Of a DNA stretch of 64,000 bases, positions 1 through 13,114 are shown piece by piece. Both the position numbers and the translations under genes were made by a program. This stretch comes from Lama glama. Lineage: Eukaryota. Each line of letters starts with the position of its first letter. Positions within the stretch are counted from its first letter, which is position 1. The stretch spans positions 2,666,001-2,730,000 of the forward strand of contig CM052825.1 in NCBI GenBank assembly GCA_028534125.1, written 5' to 3'. The notes below the pieces were generated by a model that had not been told where the DNA came from, searched no databases, and saw only the letters and a program-made list of their open reading frames with translations.

Positions 1-62
1 AGAACCCAGGACGTTGTGCACGCCAAGCACACGCTCTACCTCTGAGCGATGACCCTCTCCCC
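1..62 (-). mobile_element. tRNA-derived SINE (Vic-1-like), cut by the window edge
   Basis: Reverse complement ggggagagggtcatcgctcagaggtagagcgtgtgcttggcgtgcacaacgtcctgggttct matches the other copies in the window. Confidence 0.8.
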
Positions 63-214
63 GACTCACCTTAACTTCAACGGCTTGCTGCTTATTCTTT
101 ATGGCAATAAGCAATAAAAGGGGGGAGGCAAAATCATGTCTGAAAGAGTTAATCTCTCAAGTAACTTAAAGACTCTCTTAGCCGACTTGTTTTCTCCCTT
201 GGAACGTGAACAGG

Positions 215-360
215 TTGAGCCGCGCAGGGACAGCGGACCGCGAGGGGCCGGGCGGCCGAGGGCCGCGGACCCCGCGCGCCCGGCCATGCAGCGCCCGCCC
301 GCAGCGCCGCGCGTGCTCCGTGCGCTTCTCGAGCGCGGCAGGGAGCTGGGCGGGAATCCA
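215..360. promoter_or_regulatory. Small upstream CpG-dense patch
   Basis: Dense CpG cluster (ccgcgcagg...cccgcgcgcccgg...gcagcgccgcgcgtg) in otherwise CpG-poorer flanks. Confidence 0.55.
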
Positions 361-789
361 GGGCTCCTCACATCCCCTTCTCTTCTCTAGGGGACGTGTT
401 TCCACGTCGCTGTGGGAAGCTACATTCGCTTTCTCCTTTTCTCCTCCTTCAAAACAGGGGCTAGGTTCCTATACATTTAGAGCAGAAACAAGCAGTTCCT
501 ACGTATGGCGCGTTGTTCACCGAAGCCCAGTTTTGGGCCCTGCCCCACCCACCCCCTGTTGTCCTTAATTCCATCGTCTTCCCTGTTGGGAGCTCTGCAG
601 ATTTCTACTTAAACTCCTACTCCCGGGCCTGTTGGCTTAAACTTCAGTTTCGATTTTAAGGTTAGGTTGAACCATGTGACATGAAGGACACCTGGCCATT
701 CTTGAATGGCGGTTGTATTTGGTTCGGCCTCATACTTAGCACACATGGGGAGATCTTGCTTCCCCACCAGGCCCTCCACACACGTGGCC

Positions 790-915
790 CTCCTGCAGGC
801 ATCTGGAGGGTCATGTGAGGTGGGGAAACTGAGGCATGTGGAGACTAAGTACCCTGTCCAAGGTCCTGAAGTTACTAAGTGTCAGAGCTGCATGTGGACC
901 CTAAGCGGCTCTGAG
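790..915. mobile_element. MIR fragment
   Basis: ggggaaactgaggcat...agactaagtaccctgtccaaggtcc MIR core. Similar cores at about 7655-7745, 24230-24365 and 57130-57200. Confidence 0.6.
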
Positions 916-2359
916 CCCAGCGCCTGCCCAGGCACCCATGACACCTGCAGGCCGTCAGCTCTCTTAGCCTGAGGGCAGAGGCGCAGTGTCACCCACGTGG
1001 GTTCCAGAGCATTTTGTGGGCAGTACAGAGGGAAAGCTTTTTGCTTGTGTATTTTAGTAATCTCCCCTTCAGTGAATCATTTCCATCAGTTTGCAAAGAG
1101 CAGGGGGTACAAAAAGCTGGAGGGGGCTTTTGCATCAGACTGGCCTGAGAGTGAACCTCAGCTTGGCCTTCACACAAGCCTCGTGTCCTCAGGCTGCAGG
1201 TCTGTTTCACTTTTCAGCCCGTCCAGTGGGGCTGGTAATAACGCCTGTCACAGGGCCACTTGGAGAATTAAATAGCATACACCAGGCTCCCGGCACACTG
1301 CCTGGCACACAGTGGGTGCTCAATAAACGTCAACTGAAGTCAATTGTGAGGTAAAAGGCAGAGCTGGAGTTTGGGGGGTGGGGTCTGCTTCTGGGACAGG
1401 TCGCGTTAATGTTTCACTTCTGTGAGCTCGGAGGACGCTCCGAGTCTGCGTAGCCACTTTGGCCATAGAACCAGGACAGCAGTGGTCTCTCTAATGACCT
1501 CTCGAGGGCGGGAAAGACCCTGGGCTTGCAGGAATAGAGCCCTGGGCTGCAGTCCCTGCTCTGCAAGCTGAGAGCCGGGAGATTGGGGCACTCACCAAAC
1601 CTACTGGAACCTCGGCCTCAGGCTGTAAAGGGGGCGCGATGGTACCCCCGTCTGTTTTAGCATCTGCGAGCAAATCAGATTAAAAAAACCTTTGAAAATG
1701 ATAAGACATGAAAACACACGGCTCAAAATGTGCGTGGCAGGATGTTTGCTGATGTGTAAGTGGGTGTTTTCATCCTCTCTGTATTTATCTTTGAAAGTGT
1801 TGTCTTGTGTGTGGGAGTGTGGATTGCAGACCTCAAGTATACGTTTTCACTTGGGCGTTATACTTAGGCCTCTGAGAAGGGGGAGGAGAAAGAGAAGCCT
1901 CCAGACACAGTGGCTCCCAGCCCCAGAACAGAACAGAGGTCCCAAACAAGACCGAGGAAGGTGCCGGGTAGCAGGGTGCTGTGAGCCGTGGGGACCCAAG
2001 TCCTGCTGTCTTGGAGAGCCCCAAGAAGGGAATGGAGCACAAGTGGGAAGCTGGACCCCACAAACTGGGCCTTCCAGAGATTCCTGTGCCTGAACTGGGC
2101 TGCAAGGTGATTCTCGACCTTCCTGGCCTGGGACCACGGCCGTGTCAGCAAAGAGCTGTGTGGGCTGCAGCCTGAGCGCCCCTGCGGGACTCCCGGGCCG
2201 GGCAGGAGACCTCTGTGCAGCCCTGGGACGGAGGGAGGGCCCCGGCGCTGACTGAACCTGAATCTTGCACCACGTCTGCACTCAAAGAATTGCTCTGATT
2301 TTTTTTTTAAGATGTTTCCTCCATCCCAGATAATGGCTATAAATTCACACTCGTGCGTT

Positions 2360-2465
2360 CTTCCAGCCAACAGTTTCTGAGCACCTATGATGCACAAAAC
2401 TCTGTTACGGGTGCTCGGGGGACCACAGCAAACAAATGACAGTCCCCGCCCTCTGGGAGCTTGGG
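2360..2465. mobile_element. L2 3' end fragment
   Basis: caacagtttctgagcacctatgatgcac...gtgctcgggggaccacagcaaacaaatgacagtccccgccctctgggagctt. Confidence 0.6.
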
Positions 2466-3194
2466 CTCAGATTCATTCTTTGCATTCTTTCCATTTATAA
2501 CTTGCTACAAAAAGATAGGCGATTGAAATGATTTAGCTCCTGCTGGAAAGTCTGGACTTTGAATGAGTCTTCAAGTCAGCGGGGAACTCCGCACTCAAGC
2601 TTGATGGGATGTAAAATTGCTCACGTGCAGTGCCCTCTCCCGCCGTGGAGCCCTCCAAGGCACGAGGCGTGCAGAGACAGAGGTGGGGTGGGGGGAGAAG
2701 TGTGACAACGTGCAGCTGACACTTGGGAGAAAAACAGGATGCAAAGGACGCAAGTTTATCTAAGCCAAGTTCGCAACAAGCAAGGTCGTGGCCAGACAGC
2801 TCCTTTACTGGGGACGTCTCTTCTCAGGCCCCCTGAGATTAGCTGGCTGAACACGGCCTCAGGCAGGAGGCAGCTCTGTAGCGTGGGAAGCTGGCGTGGG
2901 AAGTCTCCCTCCTCAGAAAGGTACCACTTAGTCCTCTGCTGGTCATGTTCCTATGCTTCTCAAACACTTAGCCATTTGACACTTGAGGGTAAGAGGATGG
3001 ACATACAGGAGGGGGCTGATAATCTGCCTTAAGAGGCCACTGACCATGAGTCCACCTAAAAAGTCAGAATTTTTGAATTTTGTGAAATTTCACAAATACC
3101 ATGGAAAAGGCATGATTCGAGCTTTACCTGGAGAGATGATGAAAATAAGTTGATTTAACTTACTACTTCACTGAATTACTGTGAAATTTTAGGT

Positions 3195-3690
3195 AATTTT
3201 TTAACCACTCTGTGCTATCATTCACATACCATGTAAATCACCCATTTAAAGCATACAATTCAATGACTTTTAGTATATTTACAGAATTGCATGTTCATCA
3301 CTGCAGTTAATGTTAGGACATTTTTGTCACCCAAAAAAGAAACCCCAGACCCTTCCGTCGTCACCCCGCACCCCATGCCCCATCCCGCCCAGCCCTGAGC
3401 AGGCGCTCGTCTGCTTTCCGGGGTCTGCCTGTTCTGGACACTGCGTGTGAACAGAATCGCACAGTACGTGGTCCTTCGTGACTGGCTGCTTTCACGGAGC
3501 CGCGTGTTGTCGAGGTCCACCCACGCTGGTGCCTGTGTCAGTCCTTCCCTTTTACAATGGAGTAACATGCGGCTGTGCTTTGTGTGCCCGTTCATCGGTT
3601 GAAGTTTTGGGCCGTTCCCACTTTCTTGGCTGCTGGGAGCATTTGCGTGCGGGCTTTCGTGTGGACGCACGTTTTCACTTCTCCTAGGGG
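3195..3690 (-). mobile_element. Ancient L1 (L1MB-like) 3' UTR fragment
   Basis: Antisense L1M hallmarks: attcacataccat...cacccatttaaagcatacaattcaatgacttttagtatatttacagaattg, ttttgtcaccccaaaaagaaacccc. Confidence 0.75.
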
Positions 3691-4404
3691 TGAAGCTTGT
3701 GCTGATTCTTCGAATGAAAAAAAGAATGAATGGACAGTGGGTTTCTGTTTGTTTTTGGTCGGTTTGCCTGTTCTTGTGTTTGGCCGGGAGGTTTGCTGCC
3801 GACTGGAAAGGGCAGCTGATGTTGTAAGTGCTTTGCTGGGGATTATCTTCCTGTTATAACAATGTTTCTGTTTCTTCCCAGCTACTGGCGCTGGGGCCTG
3901 GGTGAACCGAGGCTCCCACGAGTGCCTTAATGTTACAGTTGAAAGTTGCCTTCTTTGACCTGGGCTTGGAAGTCTGACTTTTGGTGTTATCTCATCAGAT
4001 GCCAAAGAAGCCTGCTGCCATTTTTATCACTGACTGTCCCCAGATGAACATGGCTGTGCCCTGGCCAGGTCACCAGTAGGAATGCTGCCCCATGAATCCC
4101 TGCCACATCCCTAATAGGGAAGAGGGAATGATGGCTGATATTTCTGTTTGGTCTCTGGCAGGAAAAGCCTGCTTCCTTGAAGCAAATCAGTTTGGTTTTA
4201 TCTTATGGATAGTGAATCTTGTAAGTGAAACTGTTTCCTTCTTTGCTTGGGCTGTTAGGAAGCTCAGAATTAAAACCAGGATTTAGCTCTACCCACTACC
4301 TTAGACTGTGAGGTTTGCATTTTGTGCACTGACTATCTGTGATTTAATCTTGTATATTCTGTCACTATTTCCCTGTTTTCCCATTTCACCAGTTATTAAT
4401 ATCC

Positions 4405-4492
4405 TTTTTTTTTTAATGGAGGTACTGGGGATTGAACCCAGAACCTCGTGCATGCTCAGCACACGCTCTACCACTGAGCTGCACCCTCCCCC
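4405..4492 (-). mobile_element. tRNA-derived SINE (Vic-1-like)
   Basis: Poly-T then aatggaggtactggggattgaaccc...ctctaccactgagctgcaccctcccc; pol III A and B boxes on the minus strand. Confidence 0.88.
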
Positions 4493-4540
4493 TCTACTTT
4501 TATTGTACGTATGTACCTGAGTAAGCTACTAGAAATGCCT

Positions 4541-4565
4541 TCTCTCTCTCTCTCTCTCTCTCTCT
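4541..4565. repeat. (TC)n microsatellite
   Basis: About 12 TC units, directly visible. Confidence 0.9.
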
Positions 4566-4769
4566 TTAAATTTTTCTTAGCTCAGATCAACGTAGGCTCT
4601 GTGGGATGCAATCATCAAAAGTGGGAAACAGATTCTGGGCAACTTTTATGAACAAATGACCTAGTTTTTAAAAATAAATTGAAAGGGGGGAAAAGGAGAT
4701 GGAGGGAAAACATCGACCAAAAGAGATGAAGAGAATCCTCATACATTGTTGTCAGAACATCATCAAATT

Positions 4770-5672
4770 CTGCAGTCACTTGGGAAGACAGTCTGGTAAT
4801 TTCTTAAAATGTTAAATGTACGTTCTGTGTGTAAGCAGCAGTTCCCCCTCAGGAATCTTCCTGAGAGAAATGAAAACACATGGAACAACTAGTGCCCGAG
4901 TGTTTATAGCAGAAGCATCCAAAACCCCAGCTGGAAGCAGTCGCTGTGTCTGTCAGCTGTGGGACTGATTTCAGATTATATCCATACAATAAAACATTAT
5001 CAGTGATAACGGGATGGATCGCAGATACCATACGGATGGACCCCCAAACCTTGTGCTTTGTGAAGAAAAGCCACAGATTGTGCAATTCTGTGTGTGGGAA
5101 ATTGGTAGAAAAGGGCGAATGGTACAGAAGAAGCAGGTCCGTGTTACCCTGAGGCTGAAGGTCAAAATGAGGACTGCAGACGGGCCTGAGGGAACTTTTT
5201 GGGTGATGGAAATACTCTGAGACTGAACTGGGGTGATGATGGAACAACTGTCCAGCCCTATGGAAGTCCATCAGACTGGACGCTCCAGGGTGTGAATTCC
5301 GTGGTATGTACATCACACCTCAGTTGAAGTAAATTATCCCTCAGTGAAGCTGTTAGAAAATGGAAGTCTAAAGACTGGCCAGAAATGGTATAATATTAAG
5401 GCCTGGTTAGGATTCTTTTATGGGTGGTAGTATTGTGGTGATTTAAAAAAAAAAGCTCATCTTTTAGAGACACACGCTGACTTATAGGAAATGATATTGT
5501 GCGTGAGATTTGCTTCAAAACGAGGAAAGGATTTGGGCGACTTGTGGGAGAAGCAAGGCTGAGCAGACACGGATCCCTGCTGAAGCTGGGTGGTGAGCAT
5601 GGGGAGGTTTGTTTTATCATTCTGTCTTCTTTTGAAGATGTTTTCAATGTTCCTGTAATTAAACGTTTTAAA
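4770..5672 (+). mobile_element. Ancient L1M (L1MC/ME-like) 3' fragments
   Basis: cacttgggaagacagtctggtaatttcttaaaatgttaaat, gagagaaatgaaaacacatg, tttgggtgatggaaatactctg, gagatttgcttcaaaa are typical L1M 3' UTR motifs; probably two pieces. Confidence 0.65.
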
Positions 5673-6289
5673 AGATGAACTAAAAAGTCTTGTAAAAACT
5701 GCTGAATTGGCTGAGTTCTCCACGGGTCCCTGACGAAATCCAGTTGGAATGAGGAGGTGGACGTCTATTGTTTGTCTGCTCAGCGCCCCCGCCCCCTCTG
5801 CTAACAGTAACCCGAGTTGGCTGCCTGGACGGGCTAGCCCTGCAGCTGGGGTCGGGGCTGCCTGCTGTCTTCCAGGCTCTGCCCCTCTTGGCACCCGCCC
5901 ACCTGTGGCCCAGGTCCGGGCACAGAACCTCTGCTACATTTTCCAGCTTTCTCCTGGGGATTCCAGCCTCACAGGGAATGATGCAAGACGGAAGGCTTGG
6001 AGCTGGTTAATCCCAGTGGGGGCCTCCTGGGAGAGCAGTGTCGGCGTGCTCTTTCACACCCCTCCGTCTCCTTCGGCTGGCCCGCCCCTTGGACTCACTC
6101 AGGGTGATCTGATAACCAAAAGAGGAAGGAAGACACACGAGACAAAGGCAGCAGATTGAAAGCGATGAGCCCACGCTCACTTGGCTACGACACAGATTCA
6201 GAGCATCGTCCTTAAGACGGAAACACCCGCTGGGACAAAAAAGTTTCCATCGGTCTCTAACAGCCTGGCCGACAGAAATACGACGCCAG

Positions 6290-6612
6290 CTGCAAATGTG
6301 AGACACAGAGGTCACATTTTTCTAGTAATGGCATTCAAATGGTAAAAGAAAAGAAATAGGTGAAATGAATTGGGGCAATACATTTTATTTAACCCAACCT
6401 ATCCAAAATATCGCCATTTGGAACTCTAACCCGTATAAATGTGTATGAAATACTATTGGCAACATTTTGCCCCTCCCCTTTTTTGTTTAGTTAGGTCTCT
6501 GAGATCTAGTGTGTGGTGTGTCTTACATGCACAGCACATCTCAGTCTGGCTGAGCCGCGTTTCCAGCGCTCAGGGGTGACTAGTGGTCACTGGCTACCTT
6601 ATGGGAAACACA
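6290..6612. mobile_element. MER33/MER3-like hAT-Charlie DNA transposon remnant
   Basis: aataggtgaaatgaatt...cattttatttaacccaacctatccaaaatat...acagcacatctcagtctgg...agtggtcactggctacc resembles the MER33 consensus as remembered. Confidence 0.7.
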
Positions 6613-6896
6613 CGGGCTGTAAGTTATCCCTCGGGCATTTCTGCATGTGTTCTCCTGGATCTCGAAGACTTAGAATGGCCATCACTTCTGCGTAGCCACA
6701 TCCCCTAGGTAGCTCATCCATCAGGGGTGAGTTCTGTCTGTGATGGGGACCCCTGCACCATGATGATACCACGGACTGGGCCCTCGGAGGGCCTGACTCC
6801 AAGCAACTGATTTAAAAGCCTGGCGTGACCCTGTTCTCCAGGTACAAAGGTGACTTTCGGGGCTCATTGGACATCTCTCCAGGATGGAAAGAGTAG

Positions 6897-6932
6897 ACAC
6901 ACGCACACGCACGCGCGCACACACACACACAC
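6897..6932. repeat. Mixed (CA)/(CG) alternating purine-pyrimidine tract
   Basis: acacacgcacacgcacgcgcgcacacacacacacac, directly visible. Confidence 0.9.
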
Positions 6933-7311
6933 CCCTTTGCGCAGAAGCAGGACTAAAGCTGGTGAGTGACCACCTGCGATTACTCCCGTTTCCAGTGCCG
7001 CCTGCAGGGCGCTCAGCCATCATCGCTCCTAACCACGCAAAGAAAAAAGCTGAACAAATTGAAGAATCAAAACTCTGCTGAGATCCTGCCAGAGCAGCGG
7101 AGTCACTGAGCAAGTTGGAGGGACAGACGGGTCAATGCAGAGTCACCCCTCACCCAAGCAGAGGCCCGAGGATGGGAAACACAGGGGACCCAGAGACCCA
7201 CGGTGGGAAGCCAGAAATCCCTGGGGGCCCCGTCCGAGGAGTCCGGACACTTGCATGAGCTTTACCATCAGAAGCCCTGCCAGGTTTTCACAGTAAAAGT
7301 TAGAAAGAGGT

Positions 7312-7407
7312 GGGGAGGGTATAGCTCAGTGCTAGAGCATGTGCTTGTTAGCATGCACAAGGTCCTGGGCTCAATCCCTGGAACCTCCATTAAAAAAAAA
7401 AAAAAGA
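7312..7407 (+). mobile_element. tRNA-derived SINE (Vic-1-like) with probable TSD
   Basis: ggggagggtatagctcagtg...tcaatccctggaacctccatt then A14; flanking ttagaaaga at 7300-7308 and 7408-7416. Confidence 0.9.
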
Positions 7408-7789
7408 TTAGAAAGAAAAAAAGTCCCCCAGAGCTTCCATCAGGGGAGGGGAACAAGCATTGTGTGGTCTTTTTCTTCCTCACAAGGCCTTCCCGGCTGA
7501 GCAGCTCGTGGGGGGCTTCTGCGGAGCTGGCCCTCCGGCTAAGAGTCTGGCTTTCCTGATTTCCAAGTCTGTTCTTAAAAAAACACTCTGCACTTCTTGA
7601 GGTTATATGAGTGAGCTTCTCAGTGCCCCAGAGCCCCCTTCAGCACCTAATGAACCTAAGCCCATTTTGCAGCAGGGGAAACTGAGTCCTGGGGGCCAAA
7701 TAGCCTGTCCAAGGTCACGTAGTGGTTAAAGTGGGGCTGGCTCCCGTCCCACTGCACGTTCATGCTGCTTTGCCTTAGTCTGGTGATCT

Positions 7790-7982
7790 CTCCAGGCTCG
7801 GGGAAATTTCCTAGAAGCTGCCATCCTGGAAAAGTCTCACGAGAGACCCCAAGCCAGAACCATCCAGTCGGGTCACCCCCAAGTTCCTGACCCACGGAAA
7901 CTGTGAGATGGTGCACGTTGACTATTCCAGGCCGCTCCATCCTGGAAACATTTGCTGTCACACAGCCATAGAGGAGTAACAC
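7790..7982 (+). mobile_element. MLT1 (ERVL-MaLR) LTR fragment
   Basis: ttcctgacccacggaaactgtgagat...tttgctgtcacacagccataga...taaca resembles an MLT1 3' end. Confidence 0.65.
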
Positions 7983-9169
7983 GGAGGACATCTCTTTTCT
8001 GAATGCCTGCACCCGTGAGTTCTGTCAAGAGCAGTTTGCACCCCCGCTTCGTTTGAACAAATTTCCTGTGGTGTCGAGGTCAGACATATCTTCTCCTGAA
8101 TTGGTGTTTAGGAAATATGGGCGAGTTCTAAATGACAGGGTGGCTGGAGGAGGCTGTGAAAGAAAAACCAATCAGCCTGTTTCAGGTGAGCTGAGGACAC
8201 AGGTTTTTTCCCCACCTCTCTCAGGTTTTGCGGCAGCGGGGGTGTCTCATTGAGGAAGTATTTCTTGCAGGATTTTTCTGTCTGTCTGTGTCTGTCTGTC
8301 TCTGTCTCTATCTTTTGCTGAGGAACAAAAGTGCAGCCCTTCTCCGTCATGGTCAGATGCCCAACACTGTGTGATGTCATACCGCAGGGGCTCAGTGGAC
8401 AGACAGGAAGCAGTACTGGGGACGCAGGAAGGATCTGAGAAGGACGCAGAAGCAGCAGGAAGTGACAGCAGACAGGAAGAGGAAGGGGTAGACGGAGAGA
8501 CGGAGAATGGTCTGGGTTCCCCAGTCGTCACCAGATATTCCTTGAGCTCCAGGCTCAGGAAGACTCGAAGATGCGAGGATGCAAGCGGGGCCTGGCAGCC
8601 TTCAGAGTGGGAGGCTTCCCGCCTCAGCCCCATCCGCCCCCCTTCAGACGCCACCGTCTAGAGTTGAGGGGTTTCCATCAGCGTCCTGTCTCGTGACAGG
8701 CGGGGGCCCTGCTCTGCTGCCTCGCACAGACCCACCCGGAATGGGAACCCGAGTGAGGACCCCATCAGCTCGAGGCAGGACGGCGAATCCGCCGCACTGT
8801 CTCTGTGGGTCTCGCGATGCAGCTGCTACGTGCCCGCAGGGTGCCCGCCGGTGTGACTCCCTGACTTCGGAGGATCGGGGGGAGGGGTGGGGGCAGCCCA
8901 GCCACACCCCTCCCCTCCGAGCAGTGCGGTCCCGTTATGGGCACCTTCTTCACCTGCGCTGACCAGTGCAGCAGTCACCGGCCAAGTGGCTCTCCAGATC
9001 GAGCGCTCGAAATGCGGCTCACGCCACAAAACACAATGAAGTGTTTAATTTTATTTCATTTGAACGAGAGTGTAAATGCACTCAGCCGCTGTGACTGGTG
9101 GTCTCTGAATTGGACAGGCACGGCTCTGAATTCCTGTTTGGGGTCTATAATCACCACCTCTGTAGGCTT

Positions 9170-9740
9170 TTTAAATTAAGGTATGTTTGCAGAGTAAAAT
9201 TCACTCTTTTTGGTGCACAGTTCAGCTGCCTTTGACAAATACCTGGAGTGCTGTAATCACCAGTACAGTCAGCACCTCCTCCCCTGAGACCTCCCCGTGT
9301 TGTGCTGTGGTCAGCCTCTCCCCAGCGCTCCAGCCCCTGGAGCCACTTACCTGTTTCTGTCTCTCTAGTTCTACTTTTTGCAGAATGTCCCTATAAATGA
9401 AAGCATACACAGTGCATTTGGGATCTTTTGTGCTGTTCTGGATGTGCATACCTTGCTCCTTTTTAATTGCTACATAGCATTCCATCACATAGTTGTGCCA
9501 AGATTTGCTGCCCACTCCCCAGGTGAGGTGCATTGGGGTTGTTGGGTTGTTCGGTTCAGGGTGTTTATGAACAAAGACCCTGTAAACAGCCCTGCACAGG
9601 TTTTTGTGTCCACACAAGTTTTCATTTCACTTGAAAAAACACTTAGTAATGGGACTGACGGCAGGTCACATGGTAAGTTAGTTGAACTGTATAAGAAAAC
9701 TGCCCAGCTGTTCTCCAAAGTGGCAGCACCGCCTTGAATT
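9170..9740 (-). mobile_element. Ancient L1M fragment
   Basis: agtaaaattcactctttttggtgcacagttc, ttttgcagaatgtccctataaatgaaagcatacacagt, aagaaaactgcccagctgttctccaaagtggc. Confidence 0.72.
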
Positions 9741-9904
9741 CTGTGAGCCTGGGTGTCGCAGGCTCCAAACGGTTGACTGGGTTCTCCATTGCAAGCTATT
9801 TATTTTCCCTTTTTTGAGTGAATGGATCATGAGACACCTTTAGCATGCCCTCTAGACCCAGAGAGAGTGAGAGAAGAATGCACTTCCTCCGATTCTGGTT
9901 CTTT

Positions 9905-9992
9905 TTTTTTTTTTAATGGAGGTACGGGGGATGGACCCCAGGACCTCGTGCGTGCTAAACATGCGCTCTACGCCTGAGTATCCCCTCCCCCC
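9905..9992 (-). mobile_element. tRNA-derived SINE (Vic-1-like) with degenerate TSD
   Basis: Poly-T plus SINE body; gattctggttcttt (9891-9904) versus gactctgattcttt (9994-10007). Confidence 0.88.
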
Positions 9993-10369
9993 AGACTCTG
10001 ATTCTTTAATGGCCTTTCATTGCCCTCTTTCTGGCCCTGTCTGTTGAAGCTGTTGGTATATCCAAAGGCTCGCTGCTTAAGGAGAAAGGAATTGCAAGGT
10101 GAAGCTGGTGTCTAGAATTGCAGGGTCATCGTGACTCAGCCCCGTGAGCTCCTGCCACTGTGCTACGGGTTCTTGCTCCTCAGGTGAAGAATTGTCCAGG
10201 CCTGTGAGTCTGTGCGGAAGTCCTTACATTCACTGTGGTTTGGCCCCTGGGGCTTGGAAGCATGGATGTCCCACTTATTATCAAAAAGACCTGTCATGAA
10301 AAAGTGCGACATCACTTCAGAGGAGCCAGAGGAAAGAACTTTGGAGGTTGTACGTAAATCTGTCTCTTT

Positions 10370-10955
10370 AAAAGAAAATAATTGTGGTAAAATACATGTC
10401 ACATAAATTCACCATCTTAGCTGTTTTAAGTGTACATTTCAGTAGCATCAAGTACATTCACTTTATGGTGTAGCCCTCACCACCAGTCATCTCTGACACC
10501 TTTCGTCTTGCAAAACTGAAGCTCTGTTTCCATTAAACACCAACTCCCTGTTCATACCCTGCCCCCCAGAGAAGAAACCATCCTACTTTCTGTGTTTATG
10601 AACTTGACTCCTCTAGGGACCTCATATGAGCTAAATCATTACAGTAATTCTCTTTTTGTGACTGGTCGACTTCACTGAGCGTAATGTCCTCAGGGTTCAT
10701 CCATATTGTCTCATGCATCAGAATTTCCTTTCTTTTCAAGGCTGTATAACGTCCCATTGGACATGTTGATGGACCTCTGGCTTGCTTCCATCTTTTGGAC
10801 ATTGTGAATAATGCTACTCTGAACATATAAATATCTTTTCAAGACCTTGCTTTCAATTCTCTGGGGTTTATACGTAGCAGTGGAGTTGTAATCATATGTT
10901 TTCCACAAGGCTATTTTCCATAGCTGCTGCATCATTTTACACTCCCACCACCAGC
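10370..10955 (-). mobile_element. Ancient L1MA/MB 3' UTR fragment
   Basis: ggtaaaatacatgtcacataaattcaccatctta...tttcttttcaaggctgtataa...ttttacactcccaccacca. Confidence 0.78.
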
Positions 10956-12204
10956 GTGTCTGTGAACATCTCTGTCTGAGATGAACGTGGCTGAACGTGG
11001 CTGAATCCCTGAACTTCTCTCCCTCTCTCTCTCTCCTTCCTTCAGCCTCTTGCTTGGTCTCCCGGTTTCCCAGTTGGCCTCCCACAGTCATGCTGACCCC
11101 TTCCCAGTTCAGGCTCCACACGACAGCCAGTGATTCCACGTCACATATGTGGCCACTGCATGTTGTCTTTCTGCTTAAAACCCCTCAGTGGTTTCCATTG
11201 CCTTTGAGATCAGACGGAAGTCCTCGTGTCACTAAAGTGGCTCAGCCGATGTGGCGATGTGGTCACGCTCTCTTTTCCACTTATGCACCCCTGTCAGTCT
11301 CTGGAAGGCACCGTGCACCCTTCCTTAGTATGTGCTGCTCCTTGGCTGGAATGCTTTCCCCCCATCCCCCTCTCCCCCATCACCCCTGGACTTCAGTTCA
11401 AGTGTCATTTCTCAGGGAGGAGATCCCTGTTCCTGTTTTCATTGTCTTCCTCCACCATCAGGTAGGTTTTCTTGTTATAGCTTCTTGTAAAAATGTGCTA
11501 CTTGCTCCCCGAGCCCTGATCTCTGTTTGTACCTATATATTCAGTCATGCAATGGTTGGGGTAATACCTGTTGCAGCCCCAGGCTGGACAGCGGGTGAGC
11601 AGACGTGCTTCCCACCCTAGGCAGGCGCACCTCCCCACCCGCCCGCGTATGGCCGCACAGCCTCCCGGGACTGGAGACAGCTGTCGTGTTCTATCAGCCG
11701 AGTGCGCACTTGATTCACATCTGCCTCTCCCACTAGCTCTCCCACCGCAAGCTCTGCCGGGGAGGGTCTGGTTTCTCACATCAATAATTATTAAATGATG
11801 GAAATGAGGAGGCACTGCCACCCTTTTTAGGGGGACCTGGCCGAATTAGGAAGGCACGAAGTACTGCAGGATCTGGACCGTGCCTAAATCAACCAAGTCC
11901 GGATTTCCACAGAAGACCCCCTCAGCAGGCACCCGCCTCCCGGAGTAGACTGCGAGGGGTTTACCGGGCAGGCCTAGCGTGGGTCCCGGGGTATTCGTCT
12001 ATTTGTTGACCGAATGGGTGACTCCAAACAAGGAACACAGGGCATCACAGACCGCCAGCCTCCTTAGGCAAACTTCAGTTACAGCATGAAAAGCCTCAGT
12101 TTTGGTGCTTAAGTATGACCGCCCTTGAGGGCCCAGGGGACTGCTGAGGTGAGCTGCCCCTCCCTCTCTGCGGGGAGTGGCCAGAATCAAACTTCCCAGC
12201 TTGA

Positions 12205-13061
<857 letters not shown>

Positions 13062-13114
13062 NNNNNNNNNNNGGCCCCCGCCCGGCCGGGGCCCCGGGCC
13101 ACCTCGACCCCGCG

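Noticed and set aside
7312-7390. tRNA-like sequences
   Set aside because: Degenerate arms, A tails and TSDs show SINEs rather than tRNA genes.
10982-11005. Short tandem duplication TGAACGTGGC x2, and gtgtcccc-like repeats at 58450-58510
   Set aside because: Too short and irregular; ordinary slippage products, not a CRISPR-like array.
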